From the NCBI GenBank assembly GCA_964016885.1, contig OZ024749.1:29388001-29452000 (forward strand): DNA of 64,000 nucleotides, written 5' to 3'. The notes beneath the pieces are model-generated. The model saw only the letters and a list, made by a program, of their open reading frames with translations. It ran no database searches and was not told the origin of the DNA. A program made the translations under genes and the position numbers. The stretch is from Eledone cirrhosa. Its lineage: Eukaryota. Numbering within the stretch: the first letter of the stretch is position 1; every line of letters starts with the position of its first letter. This document shows positions 25,739 through 40,289 of this stretch, piece by piece.

Positions 25739-26138
25739 TAACAATATATGTTTCAATACATGATTTCATATAAAAAAAACTTGCAAAACTAATGTTTAAT
25801 TTGATTATAAAACTGGAGATTGTGTAATCATCACTGCATGTGTAAACTAATCATCATTATAAAAGCAGAGTTGTTTCTTCGTCTGTCTGTATGTCACACT
25901 TGTATGTATATAGGACTGGAGAAGGAGTGAAAAGGGATTAACAATATATGTTTCAATACATGATTTCATATAAAAAAAAACTTGCAAAACTAATGTTTAA
26001 TTTGATTATAAAACTGGAGATTGTGTAATCATCACTGCATGTGTAAACTAATCATCATTATAAAAGCAGAGTTGTTTCTTCGTCTGTCTGTCCGTCACAC
26101 TTGTATGTATATAGGACTGGAGAAGGAGTGAAAAGGGA
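25739..26138. repeat. Tandem duplication of ~200 bp
   Basis: taacaatatatgtttcaatac...ggagaaggagtgaaaaggga occurs twice head-to-tail with few differences. Confidence 0.9.
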
Positions 26139-26324
26139 ATGCAATCCCTTTTTTAAGTTGAGAGAAGCAAGGAGATAACTTCTGTCATGGTCATAGTTTA
26201 TTGCAAGCTTTAGATTCTACAAGGGTTAAAGGTAATAAGGTAGAGATCTGTATGAGGGGGCTGAGGGCGAGGAGCCAGAGGGGGGGGGGGGTCTTGTTCT
26301 ATTTAAAATAGGTTAGATACATTA

Positions 26325-26443
26325 GATGATGATGATGATGATGGTGGTGGTGGTCATAATGATGGTGTAAATAATAATGATGGTGATGATGATGGTGATG
26401 ATGGTGATATTGATGATGATGATGATGACAACAATGATGATGA

Positions 26444-26477
<34 letters not shown>

Positions 26478-26500
26478 GGTGATGGAGGTGGAGGTGGTGT
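26325..26500. repeat. (GAT/GGT)n trinucleotide repeat
   Basis: Direct inspection. Confidence 0.9.
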
Positions 26501-26563
26501 AGAGCTACATTAGGCAATCATAAACAACTTTCTATATGTTTTACTTTACACAATATTCTGTGT

Positions 26564-26610
26564 TGGTTTAACTATTGTTTCACACGTCATTACTTTCTCA
26601 TCAGAAACCA
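26564..26610 (-). ncRNA. Degenerate hammerhead ribozyme
   Basis: Minus strand: tggttt-CTGATGA-16 nt-GAAAC-AATA-GTT|aaacca; 6-bp stem I, but stem II pairs poorly. Confidence 0.5.
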
Positions 26611-26829
26611 CTTAACTTTCTCTCAATAGATCATTGTCAAACAAAATCTGACGTCAGCCTTATTGAGTACTTTATTAAACCAGCTATGGTAATTTAAATA
26701 TTTGTGCATTCTTCGTAGTTAGATCAATCAGATGTCCAATGTATCTAATTAATTTTAATTAGTTTATAGTTTCATTTAATAAGGTATTATAACATCAAAC
26801 ACTAACACTTTTAATGTATCATTAATTTA

Positions 26830-27160
26830 TTTAAATCTTTTGATACCAACCAGCTCCCAAAACCACTACTGGTTCTATAGAACAAAATCATCCATTTTAA
26901 AGGGTTCTTATTAAAATATGTTGATACCAACCAAGCTAAAACTGCCTCTGGTTCAATAGAACCAAACTATCAATTTTAAAGGGTTCTTATTAACAAATGT
27001 TGATAACAACCCACGTAAAACTGTCTAGATTCTGTCTCGAAACTGTTAAGAGTCTATGAAACCAAACCACCAATTTTGAGGTGTTCTTCTTTAAACATTT
27101 TGATACAAACCGGCCTCCAAACTAGATCTGGTTCTATAAAACAAAACCACACATTTTAAA
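26830..27160. repeat. Diverged ~80-100-bp tandem repeat (ttgataccaacc...ctggttctatagaac...ttttaaagggttctt)
   Basis: About four diverged copies. Confidence 0.7.
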
Positions 27161-28295
27161 GAGGAAATGATCAACAAGATCTTAGATCTCATTCGCTTAC
27201 AGAGTGGGGTGGAACTCGTCAGATTGGACCAAGGAAACAATGTTTCCTTTGGTCTTTCCATTGCTGATACTATCTACAGGTTGCAATTCCTGGCAGAAAG
27301 GGCAACGTGAAATAAAGTGTCTTGCTCAAGGACATAACGCATCACCCGATCCAGGAATCGATCTCACATCCTCATGATTAAACCACTCTTAAACCACTAA
27401 GCCACACTCCTTTTGAATAGTGGCTATTTAAATCAAAACCGTCCAACAAACTTTATATAAAAATAACAAAAACGTTTGTTACCGTTAATGTTTCAGATAC
27501 CACCTTAATAATGAAATGATTAATACATATAAAAATGAGAAAACTCATTGCTAGAACAGCCCTGGTTCTATGAGACAAAACTCTGTTTTAAAGTGTTTAA
27601 ATTTATCTAAAATTCTTCCTACATTATTTTACGTAAAAACCTTTAAGATATGTTCCTAACACCTCTGGTTCTATGATACAAAACTTCTTTGCTTTAAAGT
27701 GTTTATATTTATCTAAAATACTTCCATCATAAATTTATGTAAGAACCTTTGTTAAGTTATGTTCCAAACACTTCTAGTTCTTTAAACACTCTTTGATTTA
27801 AAGTGTTTGTATTTGTCTAAAAACCTTCAATCATAAGGTTTGTTTTGGTTTGGTGGAAATGAATTCTGCTTCTTTTATTCTTACTAAGTACCTCTTTCCC
27901 ATTGGCTCCCCACCCCACCCCTCCAACAGATCTCTACCTTATCACCTATAACCCCTTGCAATAAACTATGAGCATGACATAAGTTATCTCCCTTATCTGA
28001 ATTTAACAAAGAGAGTTGCTTCCCCCTTTCATCCTTCTACATATATGTGTGATGGACAGACAGACGGAGAAACAGGTCCTCTTTTATAATATAGGCTGCC
28101 TAAACCTTACATCACTAATTGGACAGGTGTTGGTATTTCTACCTGTACAGCTGGTTTCATTTGATTTACGGGGATTATGCTATAAGGTAGCTTGTGTTAA
28201 TAATAGAAATGTGACTTAATTTATAGTTTCTTCTTCTTCTTTTTCTTCTTCTTCTTCTTCATTTCTACTACTACTACTACTAATACTTCTTTTCC

Positions 28296-28570
28296 TCATT
28301 CTCCCCTCCCCCTCCATTGCCCACTTATTCCTGGGAGGGTCGTGCGGACAGAGTCCTTAAACACTCCTTGGAGTTGGTCTGTCAGAAGCAACCGTCTCCA
28401 ACTGATCCAGTTGGATCCCCAAGCGAGACTAGCCAAGCTCATGGATGTCATCCAGTCATCATGCTTAGGATCTACCGCTGGGCCTCCTTCCGGTTGATTT
28501 TGTCCGTAAAATCTGTTCAACGATTATTTCCTGAGACATTCTGAGCGCATACCCATAGTATCGCAGTACT
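28296..28570 (-). mobile_element. RTE-clade LINE 3' fragment
   Basis: Homologous to 61205-61387 and 50290-50645; (GAA)-rich tail. Confidence 0.65.
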
Positions 28571-28659
28571 GACGCGTTTAAAGCCCCCCCCTTCACCCCC
28601 CAACAAAAATCCGGAATTAAATTATATCTATCGACTAATTAGCAATATTTATGATTAAT

Positions 28660-28879
28660 AATGGTTTCAGATTTACGCAAAAGACCAACAATTTTGGGGG
28701 AGGGGGAACGTCGATGAGATCGACCCCAGTTCATTACTGGTACTTTATTTTATCGACCCCGTAAGGATGAAAAGCAAAGGTAACCTCGGCGGGATTTGAA
28801 CTCAGAACGCAAAGAGCCGTAACTCTACGCCACAAAGCAGGTTATCCGACGCTCTACCGACACTGCCAACCCACCACCT
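28660..28879 (-). mobile_element. tRNA-SINE
   Basis: Matches the family consensus. Confidence 0.8.
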
Positions 28880-29049
28880 TATATTTATAATTAATAATAA
28901 GATATTTATCACTTAATTCTTTCATTACCATATATCTATTGAAAGACATTCGCTCTGATTTTAAAAGAATAATTTTGAAAATAATTAAGAATTTGGAGAG
29001 ATTTTGTATTAATTAATAATCCGGAGTTTGGACGTTGTATTTGTGTATT

Positions 29050-32000
29050 GGGTGTGTGTCAGGGTATCTGGATATCTAGTTGTAGGCTGTCCATGTGGTG
29101 TCAGGGTATCTGGATGTCTAGTTGTAGGCTGTCCATGTGGTGTCAGGATATCTGGATGTCTAGTTGTAGGCTGTCCATGTGGTGTCAGGGTATCTGGATG
29201 TCTAGTTGTAGGCTGTCCATGTGGTGTCAGGGTATCTGGATGTCTAGTTGTAGGCTGTCCATGTGATATCTGGGTATCTGGATGTCTAGTTGTAGGCTGT
29301 CCATGTGGTGTCAGGGTATCTGGATGTCTAGTTGTAGGCTGTCCATGTGGTATCTGGGTATCTGGATGTCTAGTTGTAGGCTGTCCATGTGGTGTCAGGG
29401 TATCTGGATGTCTAGTTGTAGGCTGTCCATGTGGTATCTGGGTATCTGGATGTCTAGTTGTAGGCTGTCCATGTGGTATCTGGGTATCTGGATGTCTAGT
29501 TGTAGGCTGTCCATGTGATGTCTGGGTATCTGGATGTTTAGTTGTAGGCTGTCCATGTGGTGTCAGGGTATCTGGATATCTAGTTGTAGGCTGTTCATGT
29601 GGTGTCTGTGTATCTGGATGTCTAGTTGTAGGCTGTCCATGTGGTGTCTGGGTATCTGGATGTCTAGTTGTAGGCTGTCCATGTGGTGTCAGGGTATCTG
29701 GATGTCTAGTTGTAGGCTGTCCATGTGATGTCTGGGTATCTGGATGTTTAGTTGTAGGCTGTCCATGTGGTGTCTGGGTATCTGGATGTCTAGTTGTAGG
29801 CTGTCCATGTGGTGTCAGGGTATCTGGATGTCTACTTGTAGGCTGTCCATGTGGTGTCTGGGTGTCTGGATGTCTAGTTGTAGGCTGTCCATGTGGTGTC
29901 TGGGTGTCTGGATGTCTAGTTGTAGGCTGTCCATGTGGTGTCAGGGTGTCTGGATGTCTAGTTGTAGGCTGTCCATGTGGTGTCAGGGTATCTGGATGTC
30001 TAGTTGTAGGCTGTCCATGTGGTATCTGGGTATCTGGATGTCTAGTTGTAGGCTGTCCATGTGGTGTCTGGATGTCTAGTTGTAGGCTGTCCATGTGGTG
30101 TCAGGGTATCTGGATGACTAGTTGTAGGCTGTCCATGTGGCGTCTGGAGGTCTGGATGTCTAGTTGTAGGCTGTCAATGTGGTGTCAGGGTATCTGGATG
30201 TCTAGTTGTAGGCTGTCCATGTGATGTCTGGGTATCTGGATGTCTAGTTGTAGGCTGTCCATGTGGTGTCTGGGTATCTGGATGTCTAGTTGTAGGCTGT
30301 CCATGTGGTGTCAGGGTATCTGGATGTCTAGTTGTAGGCTGTCCATGTGGTGTCAGGGTATCTGGATGTCTAGTTGTAGGCTGTCCATGTGATGTCAGGG
30401 TATCTGGATGTCTAGTTTTAGGCTGTCCATGTGGTGTCAGGGTATCTGGATGTCTAGTTGTAGGCTGTCCATGTGGTGTCTGGGTGTCTGGATGTCTAGT
30501 TGTAGGCTGTCCATGTGGTGTCTGGGTGTCTGGATGTCTAGTTGTAGGCTGTCCATGTGATGTCTGGGTATCTGGATGTCTAGTTGTAGGCTGTCCATGT
30601 GGTGTCTGGGTGTCTGGATGTCTAGTTGTAGGCTGTCCATGTGGTATCTGGGTATCTGGATGTCTAGTTGTAGGCTGTCCATGTGGTGTCTGGGTGTCTG
30701 GATGTCTAGTTGTAGGCTGTCCATGTGGTGTCTGGGTGTCTGGATGTCTAGTTGTAGGCTGTCCATGTGGTGTCTGGGTGTCTGGATGTCTAGTTGTAGG
30801 CTGTCCATGTGGTGTCTGGGTGTCTGGATGTCTAGTTGTAGGCTGTCCATGTGATGTCAGGGTATCTGGATGTCTAGTTGTAGGCTGTCCATGTGGTGTC
30901 TGGGTGTCTGGATGTCTAGTTGTAGGCTGTCCATGTGGTATCTGGGTATCTGGATGTCTAGTTGTAGGCTGTCCATGTGATGTCTGGGTATCTGGATGTC
31001 TAGTTGTAGGCTGTCCATGTGATGTCTGGGTATCTGGATGTCTAGTTGTAGGCTGTCCATGTGGTATCTGGGTATCTGGATGTCTAGTTGTAGGCTGTCC
31101 ATGTGGTGTCTGGGTATCTGGATGTCTAGTTGTAGGCTGTCCATGTGATGTCTGGGTATCTGGATGTCTAGTTGTAGGCTGTCCATGTGGTATCTGGGTA
31201 TCTGGATGTCTAGTTGTAGGCTGTCCATGTGGTGTCAGGGTATCTGGATGTCTAGTTGTAGGCTGTCCATGTGGTGTCTGGATGTCTAGTTGTAGGCTGT
31301 CCATGTGGTATCTGGGTATCTGGATGTCTAGTTGTAGGCTGTCCATGTGATGTCTGGGTATCTGGATGTCTAGTTGTAGGCTGTCCATGTGGTGTCAGGG
31401 TATCTGGATGTCTAGTTGTAGGCTGTCCATGTGGTGTCTGGAGGTCTGGATGTCTAGTTGTAGGCTGTCCGTGTGGTGTCAGGACATCTGGATGTCTAGT
31501 TGTAGGCTGTCCATGTGGTGTCAGGGTATCTGGATGTCTAGTTGTAGGCTGTCCATGTGGTGTCAGGGTATCTGGATGTCTAGTTGTAGGCTGTCCATGT
31601 GGTGTCAGGGTATCTGGATGTCTAGTTGTAGGCTGTCCATGTGGTGTCAGGGTATCTGGATGTATGTTGTCCATGTGGTATCTGGGTGTCTGGATGTATG
31701 TTGTCCATGTGGTGTTTGGATGTAGGCTGTCCATGTGGTGTCTGGGTATCTAGTTTTATGTTGTCCATGTGGTGTCTGGGTGTCTGGATGTATGTTGTCC
31801 ATGTAGTGTTTGGATGTAGGCTGTCCATGTGGTGTCTGGGTATCTAGTTTTATGTTGTCCATGTGGTGTCTGGTTGTCTGGATATAGGCTGTCCATGTGG
31901 TGTCTGGGTATCTAGTTGTATGTTGTCCATGTGGTATCTGGGTGTCTGGATGTATGTTGTCCATGTGGTATATGGATGTAGGCTGTCCATGTGGTATCTG

Positions 32001-32060
32001 GATATAGGCTGTCCATGTGATGTATGGATGTATGTTGCCCATGTGATGTCTGGATGTGGG
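29050..32060. repeat. 42-bp tandem satellite (ggtatctggatgtctagttgtaggctgtccatgtggtgtcag), ~3 kb
   Basis: Homogeneous units over 29050-31650, degenerate over 31650-32060. Confidence 0.97.
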
Positions 32061-32599
32061 TTGTCCAAGGTCAATAAAAAAAGTACCAGTCGAGTACTGG
32101 GGTCGATTCTTGCTCTCTCTCTCTATCCTTCGCTGGAAGGAATCTACTATGTTCAGACCCGGAGAAGAGATGGGTCTCGCCAGGCTTAAAAGATACCCAG
32201 TACTTGAGAAGCACGTCAACCTTCTTGGGGAGGGGGGGGGGTCATATATTGATGGGCACCACTCTGGTTTTTGTAATAATTTTGAAAATAATTAAGAATT
32301 TGGAGGGACTTTGTATTCATTAATAATCCGGAGTTTGGACGTTGTATTGGTGCTTTTGTGTGTTGTATATGTGTCTGGGTGTTTGGATGTAGGTTATCTA
32401 TGTGGTGGATTTGAACATAGAACGTAAAAGGACATAACTATATACCGCAAATCATGTTGTTCGACATTCTACCGATTATTACCAATCCATTATCCTCACT
32501 CATTGAACCATCATATACGTGACCGTGTATTGCACATACACGTGAACTCTTAACGTAATCACCAGGCAAAAAAAAATCAACGTGGCTGTATGTAACAAG

Positions 32600-33225
32600 A
32601 CCGACCCTTCCATCTGACGGGCTTCTGCACAATATCCATCTACCAAATATCACTCACATGGCTGAAGAGTAAGAATATTTCCTGTCACTTCCATTCATAA
32701 GTACAATCTATGTGACGGGCTTCGGCACAATATCCATCTACCAAATTTTACTCACATGACTGAAGAGTAAGAATATTTCCTGTGACTTCAAAGCTGACCG
32801 GTCCACTCATAGGTACAGTCTATTTGACGGGCTTCAGCACAATATCCATCTACCAAATATCACTCACATGACTGAAGAGTAAGACTATTTCCCGTAACTT
32901 CAAAACTGACCCTTCCATTTATAGGTACAGTCTATCTGATTGGCTGAACCTATGAGAGGGGGTGTCCAGCCGGTACTTTGTTCCGGGACCCAAGAGCTAA
33001 GAAGGCCCTACAGCAACTATACAAAATGCATTTTGAGAAAAATCTTTACCTGCTTCGGGCCCCAGAGGGGTCGTGTACCGCCTTGCAAAATTTATCTTGA
33101 AGGGCCTGCTGACGAGCTTACGTACAATATCCATCTACTAAATATTACTCACATGGCTAAAGTGTAAGAATATTTCCTGTTATATCAAAACTGACACTTC
33201 CTTTCATAAGTACAATCTATGTCAA
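32600..33225. repeat. ~100-115-bp tandem repeat (gacgggcttc..cacaatatccatctaccaaatatcactcacatgg..), interrupted at ~32945-33110
   Basis: About four copies, plus a partial copy at ~33695. Confidence 0.75.
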
Positions 33226-33239
33226 ACCGGTCCATCTAC

Positions 33240-33460
33240 CAAACCGGTCGCTCTCCGACGGGTTTGCGGTCGTTCCCTTGGCAGTTGAGACTTCTGGTGA
33301 CCTTGTCCCTAGGGCTACCTCCCTACTCAACACCATAGGCGCTGATCTGACTAGCCGCAGGCGCGAGCCTCGCGAGATGAAATGGCTCTTCCAGCGCATC
33401 TCCCTTACCATCCTCCGAGGAAGCGCCTTCTCCATTCTGTCCGCCGGGGCTGCTGGGCGG
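33240..33460 (+). mobile_element. CRE-clade retrotransposon endonuclease C-terminus
   Basis: VVPLAVETSGDLVPRATSLLNTIGADLTSRRREPREMKWLFQRISLTILRGSAFSILSAG. Confidence 0.8.
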
Positions 33461-34472
33461 CTGGCATGTGGGACCCCATTTGCTCACTATAGAGAGAGAT
33501 GGAGAAGGCGAGAGAGGTGGGGGCGATGACGGTGGGAGTTCGGCTCTTCCGTGTTCGGAAACATTGCACCTGTGTATATTGGTTCCTTAATTCTTTAATT
33601 CTTTCGTACATTATTGTCTACTTTTGGCACAAGGCCAGCAATTACCCAGTACATTACTAATACTTTATCGATAGGATCACATAACTTGTAAATACACAAA
33701 TATCACTCACATGGCTGAAGTCAAGTCGTGGCTATGCTAAAATGTGAGGCAGTATAATCGAACCCAGATTCTTGTAATTACAGAGTGAACTTTTGAACTA
33801 TTTGGCAATGTTGCTAGGATGAAAGAAGATATAGTATATAGATTGTTGTGTTGTTGTTGCTGTTGGCTCAGAGAGAGAGAGAGGGGGGGGGGGGGGGAGG
33901 GGGAGAGAAGAAAACACAAAATGTTACACAAAATGTTACGGTCAAGGTTAGAATATCAAACACACACACAGCATTGACACATACATACACATACACACAC
34001 ACACAACACTGATACATACATACACTGACAAATACACACTGACACACATACACTCACACACTGACACATAACACTGAAACACACACACACACACACACAC
34101 ACATACACATAACACTGACATACACACGTATGTATAAAATGAAAACACACACAGCCCGGCACACACACATGCATGCATTCATACATACACACATACATAC
34201 ATACATACACACATATATATATATATATACACACATGCATGTATATGCCATCTACACACGCACACACACACACATACACATAGACGAGCACATACTATCA
34301 TATTACAGAACGACTAAGATAGACATACACGAGTCTGAGTTCAAATCCCGCCGAGGTTAACTGCCTTTCATCCTTACGGGGTCGATAAAATAAAGTACCA
34401 GTAATGTACTGGGTATTTGCTGGCCTTGTGCCTAAAGTAGAAACAATTATTAAAGCTTTTACATATGTACAT

Positions 34473-34623
<151 letters not shown>

Positions 34624-34969
34624 TACATACATACATACATATATATATACACATGCGATATAGTTGCACTCGTATTATACTCACACACACACACACATAT
34701 ATTATAATGTATGTGTTAGTCATCTATAATTTCACATCTAAGAGGGATTACATACATACATACATACACACATACACACGTACACACATACACACACTCA
34801 CACATACATACATACATACATACATACATACATACATACATACATACACATACATACATACATACTCACACAGACACATACATACATACATACACACATA
34901 TTTCTTCATTGTACTGTGCCGTTTGCCTTGTTATTTCTGTTTACTTTCTATATATAGTCGTGAGGTCAC

Positions 34970-35016
<47 letters not shown>

Positions 35017-35030
35017 CAGTACTGAGGTCA

Positions 35031-35068
<38 letters not shown>

Positions 35069-35157
35069 GTATACTACTGAGGTCACACACATACATACTT
35101 ATATCGTACATACATAATGTGTAGTACTGAGATCATACACACACACACACATGGTTT

Positions 35158-35268
<111 letters not shown>

Positions 35269-35611
35269 GGGGAGGGGGAGAGCAAGGGAGTGAGAGAGTG
35301 GGGGAGAGAGAGATTAAGAATAACAAGACAAACACAGCGATGCAAAAACAGTGTCTTGGGAATAAAGAATATATACATATATGTATATGTGTGTGTGTTT
35401 GTGTGTCTATGTGTAACATCGGTACTACATATTTATATATATATATATACGATATATTAACAAATGGAAACTATATTTATAAAACCATGTGTGTGTGTGT
35501 GTGTGTGATCTCAGTACTACACATTATGTATGTACGATATAAGTATGTATGTGTGTGACCTCAGTAGTATACATATATATATATGTGTGTGTGTGTGTGT
35601 TGACCTCAGTA

Positions 35612-35651
<40 letters not shown>

Positions 35652-35662
35652 TACTGAGGTCA

Positions 35663-35721
<59 letters not shown>

Positions 35722-35788
35722 GTTATTCCGGGTTGAATCGGAGATAACCACAGTAAGTAAGGTACTCAATACATTGCAGAGTATAAAA

Positions 35789-35909
35789 GTTTTAATATAG
35801 ATGAGATTCTATAGGACTAGAACTGTTTAATTCTTTAGAAATCAGGATTCCTGATGATTTCTAAAGAATGAAACAGTTCTAGTCCTGTAGAATCTCATCT
35901 ATATTAAAA

Positions 35910-35910
<1 letters not shown>
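35789..35910. repeat. Hairpin (~58-bp arms) with a degenerate hammerhead core
   Basis: CTGATGA (35851) tttctaaagaat GAAAC (35870) agttctagtcc; the left arm has lost part of the core. Confidence 0.65.
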
Positions 35911-35982
<72 letters not shown>

Positions 35983-36469
35983 TATATGTGTGCGTGCATG
36001 TGTGCGTGACCTCACGACTGTATATTATCGGCATCAAAATAATTGTTTCTACTTTAGGCACAAGGCCAGCAATAACCCAGTACATTACTGGTACTTTATT
36101 TTATCGACCCCGTAAGGCAAAGTTAACCTCGGCGAGACAAAATAATGTTAGTCAAACTTGACCCGGACGTGATTTGAACTCTCGACCGAAAGTTGGAGAT
36201 TGTACGACATTTTGACTGTCACTCTACCGATTCTGCCAACCCACTGCCTAATAAATACATCCCAAAACCCCATAAACACACAAGTGTATATATATATGTT
36301 TATATAGACGTAATATATGTAAATAAATCCACAAATCCATACATACAAGGTATAATACACGTCCATATTTATATAGCTACACAGATATATATAGTTATTA
36401 ACCACGATACACATATTCATATATATAGAGATTGCATTGTACGACAATTATATGTATGTATGTATGTAT

Positions 36470-36627
<158 letters not shown>

Positions 36628-36694
36628 CGGAACGGGAACAAAACAGAGAGGCAGTACAAACAAAGATTTATTAGTTTCACGCTCTTGAGAGTGG

Positions 36695-36781
<87 letters not shown>

Positions 36782-36999
36782 ACATATATACATATATACT
36801 CACAGAGACAGACATACAAAAAATGCGTATGTAATCATATACATATAATATATTATGTAATAACACACATACATACATACATATATACATACATACATAC
36901 AAATGTGTGTGTAGGTGTATGTAATATACTCTGCTTTGGGTATTGAATTCTTTATCCTGTTTGTAGTCCAAACGTATATATGTATATATATATTATAAG

Positions 37000-37032
<33 letters not shown>

Positions 37033-37119
37033 GGATGGACATGAGCGGGATTATCAACACACATACTCACAAATAGATACATACACACGTACACGTACAT
37101 ACATACACACATACACACG

Positions 37120-37209
<90 letters not shown>

Positions 37210-37409
37210 CATATATACATACATACATATATATATGTACATATATATCCATACACATACATATAGATATACGAGTATACAGACATATATAGAGAGAGAG
37301 AAAGAGATATATAGCGACATATATATAAATACATACATACATTCATACATACATACATACATACATTCATACATACATACATACATACATACATACATAC
37401 ATACATACA

Positions 37410-37442
<33 letters not shown>

Positions 37443-38319
37443 GTGTGTGTATATAATCCCGCTCACATCCATCAGTTCCATTCATCATTTCATATCAACC
37501 CACACAGACACATCATTTCGGATTGTTTGTCATCTCATATCTTCTCCTTCTCTTTCTCTTTCTCCTTCTCTCGTCCTTTCTTTCACCCTTTCTATCGTCC
37601 TCTTACCTTCAATTTCTTCCTTCCTTCCTTCCAACCTTCCTACTGTTCCTTTCACTTGTTATTTCATCCCTATCGTCACCGACCTTCCTCTGTCATCGCC
37701 GTTCTCTTCCCGTATCACATCTGTCATCACATACAACCAAACGGCTACTATAACATTACCGCCACAACCACTACCAACACCAACCAACCAGCCACCAAAA
37801 CCGCCGCCATCGCCGTTATCACAACAACACGATCAATGACGCCGACGCCACCACCACCGCCACTATTACTGCAACCACCAACCGCCACCACCTCCGCCAT
37901 CACAGCAACACTACCACTACCACCACCATAATCACAGCAACACTACCACCACCACCACCACCACCACCGCCGCCGCCATCACAGCAACACTACCACCACT
38001 TCCACTACCGCCACCATTACAACACTACCGCCGTCGCCACCACCATCACAGCAACACTAAAACCACCTCCACCACCATCACAGCAACAATAACGATCTAT
38101 TGGCTTTCTCTCCCTCCACCTTCTCCACCTTCTTCTTTACCTTATACCCTTTCATCTCTTACCTCCCACCATTCCTCACTTTACTTTACTTTCGTTCGGC
38201 TTTAGGATTCATTCTTTCTTCATTTTTTTCGTTCTTACTAAATGATTTTTTTATCTTATCGCTTAGCTTCTTTCTTTCTCTCTTTCTTTTTCTCCAGTCT
38301 TTCTCTGTCTCTGTCTAAC

Positions 38320-38625
38320 CCTTTCTCACTCTTTCTCTTTCTCTGTCTCACCCTTTCTCTCTCTTTCTCTATCTTTGTCTAACCCTTTCTCTCTCTTTCT
38401 CTATCTTTGTCTAACCCTTTCTCTCTCTTTCTCTATCTCTGTCTAACCTTCTCTCTCTCTCTCTTTCTCTATCTCTGTCTAACCCTCTCTCTCTCTTTCT
38501 CTATCGCTGTCTAACCCTCTCTCTCTCTTTCTCTATCTCTGTCTAACTCTCTCTCTCTCTTTCTCTATCTCTGTCTAACCCTCTCTCTCTCTTTCTCTAT
38601 CTCTGTCTAATCCTTTCTCTCTTTC
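38320..38625. repeat. ~30-bp CT-rich minisatellite (ctctatctctgtctaaccctctctctctcttt)
   Basis: Direct inspection. Confidence 0.85.
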
Positions 38626-39173
38626 CCTGTCTCTCCCCTTCCCTAGCGCACTTTTTAAAACCTGGCGGAGCCCATCTCTTCTCTAGGTCTGAATACCGCA
38701 GATTTCTCAGGTAGGGTGGGAGAGAGAGATAGAGAGCGAGCGAGAGAGAGAGAGAGAGAAGGGGGGGGAGTGAGAAAGAGATATAGAGGAAGAATCTAAT
38801 CCAGTACTTGACTGGTACTTTTTTATCGACTTCAAATGGATAAAAGGCAAAGTTGACCTCAGCAGGATTTAGACTGAAGGAGGCAGAGAGGGAGTGAGAT
38901 AGAGAGAGGAGAAAGACAGTGATATATATATATATATATACTGTAAATAAAACCCTTTTTTGTAATGTTGACCAATGTTATTCTTCATTCTTTCAATATT
39001 ATTACTCCAAGATAAACTTACATAGGAATTCAAGAGAACTCACAAACTCGCCACCTACGGAAACCTCTTGTTGAGTCAAACAACGCCGTACACTAAAACT
39101 ATTCACAACACGGAGTATTCACAACCTCAAACTGGATTACCTATAACGATATTTTGTTATCCCTTATATATAT

Positions 39174-39215
<42 letters not shown>

Positions 39216-39635
39216 GATCACAATACTTGAATATTTGACTGGTACTGATATACAGAGAGAGAGAGAGAGAGGGGGGGGGGGGAGAATTGACTCCAATACT
39301 TGAATATTTGACTGGTACTGTTATTTATCAACCTTAAATGGATAAAAGGCAAAGTTAACCTCGGCGGGATTTGAACTCAGAGAAATGAGACCCACTATGA
39401 ACACCCACAAAACATTCTATCTGACATTTTATTAAGTCGTCAGCTAATTTACTGCCTCTTATCTATTTAATGACAGGACGTAACTCAATGACCGTTCAAT
39501 GCATCGAGTGACGTCCATCGAACAACTGCAGTAGTCATTGTTAATTCGTTATTACCAACGGAGGACCAATTACATAACTACTCATGCATATATATATATA
39601 TATATAGTTATGTAATAAACAACATAAGATAATTA

Positions 39636-39699
39636 TTTCATTTACCAGTGCTTTCTTGAAGGCAGATATTTATATCTGTCTTCAGTCGTCAGAACGAAT
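39636..39699 (-). ncRNA. Hammerhead ribozyme
   Basis: Minus strand: ttcgtt-CTGACGA-ctgaagacagata taaa tatctgccttcaa-GAAA-GCACTG-GTA|aatgaa; long stem II; one stem III mismatch. Confidence 0.65.
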
Positions 39700-39868
39700 A
39701 AATAACATGGTGTATTTATTAAATATGGATATATATATATATATATATATGTGTGTATGTATGTATGTTTATGTATGTATCTATGTAAATGTATATGTAT
39801 ATGCATGAGTAGTTATGTAAATGGTCCTCCGTTGGTATTAACGAATTAACGATGACTACTGCAGTTAT

Positions 39869-39902
<34 letters not shown>

Positions 39903-39923
39903 GTATATATATACATATATATA

Positions 39924-39959
<36 letters not shown>

Positions 39960-40133
39960 CGAAGGAAATGTGGTAAGGAACCAGGTGGACCATAACGCAC
40001 CAAAGTACTCAATACTTGGGGTAGTAGAGTGGGTAATAGGAACCAGTAAGACCCCGACGGCTGAGCTCAAGCCGTTTCGTCCAGAATTAGCCGTCGAAAC
40101 GGCTTGAGCTCAGCCGTCGGGGTCTTACTGGTT

Positions 40134-40181
<48 letters not shown>

Positions 40182-40232
40182 TATATACATATGTGTATAC
40201 ATGTATATAAATATATACATACATATACATTT

Positions 40233-40289
<57 letters not shown>

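Noticed and set aside
26299-26517. Poly-histidine protein
   Set aside because: A (GAT/GGT)n repeat with no splice or homology support.
29009-31388. Repetitive proteins (PHGQPTTRHPDT; SGCLVVGCPCG) or a CRISPR-like array
   Set aside because: A 42-bp satellite open on both strands, with no unique spacers, in eukaryotic DNA.
32655-32810. CTGAAGA in the ~100-bp repeat as a hammerhead
   Set aside because: No GAAA core (CAAA at best) and no consistent stems.
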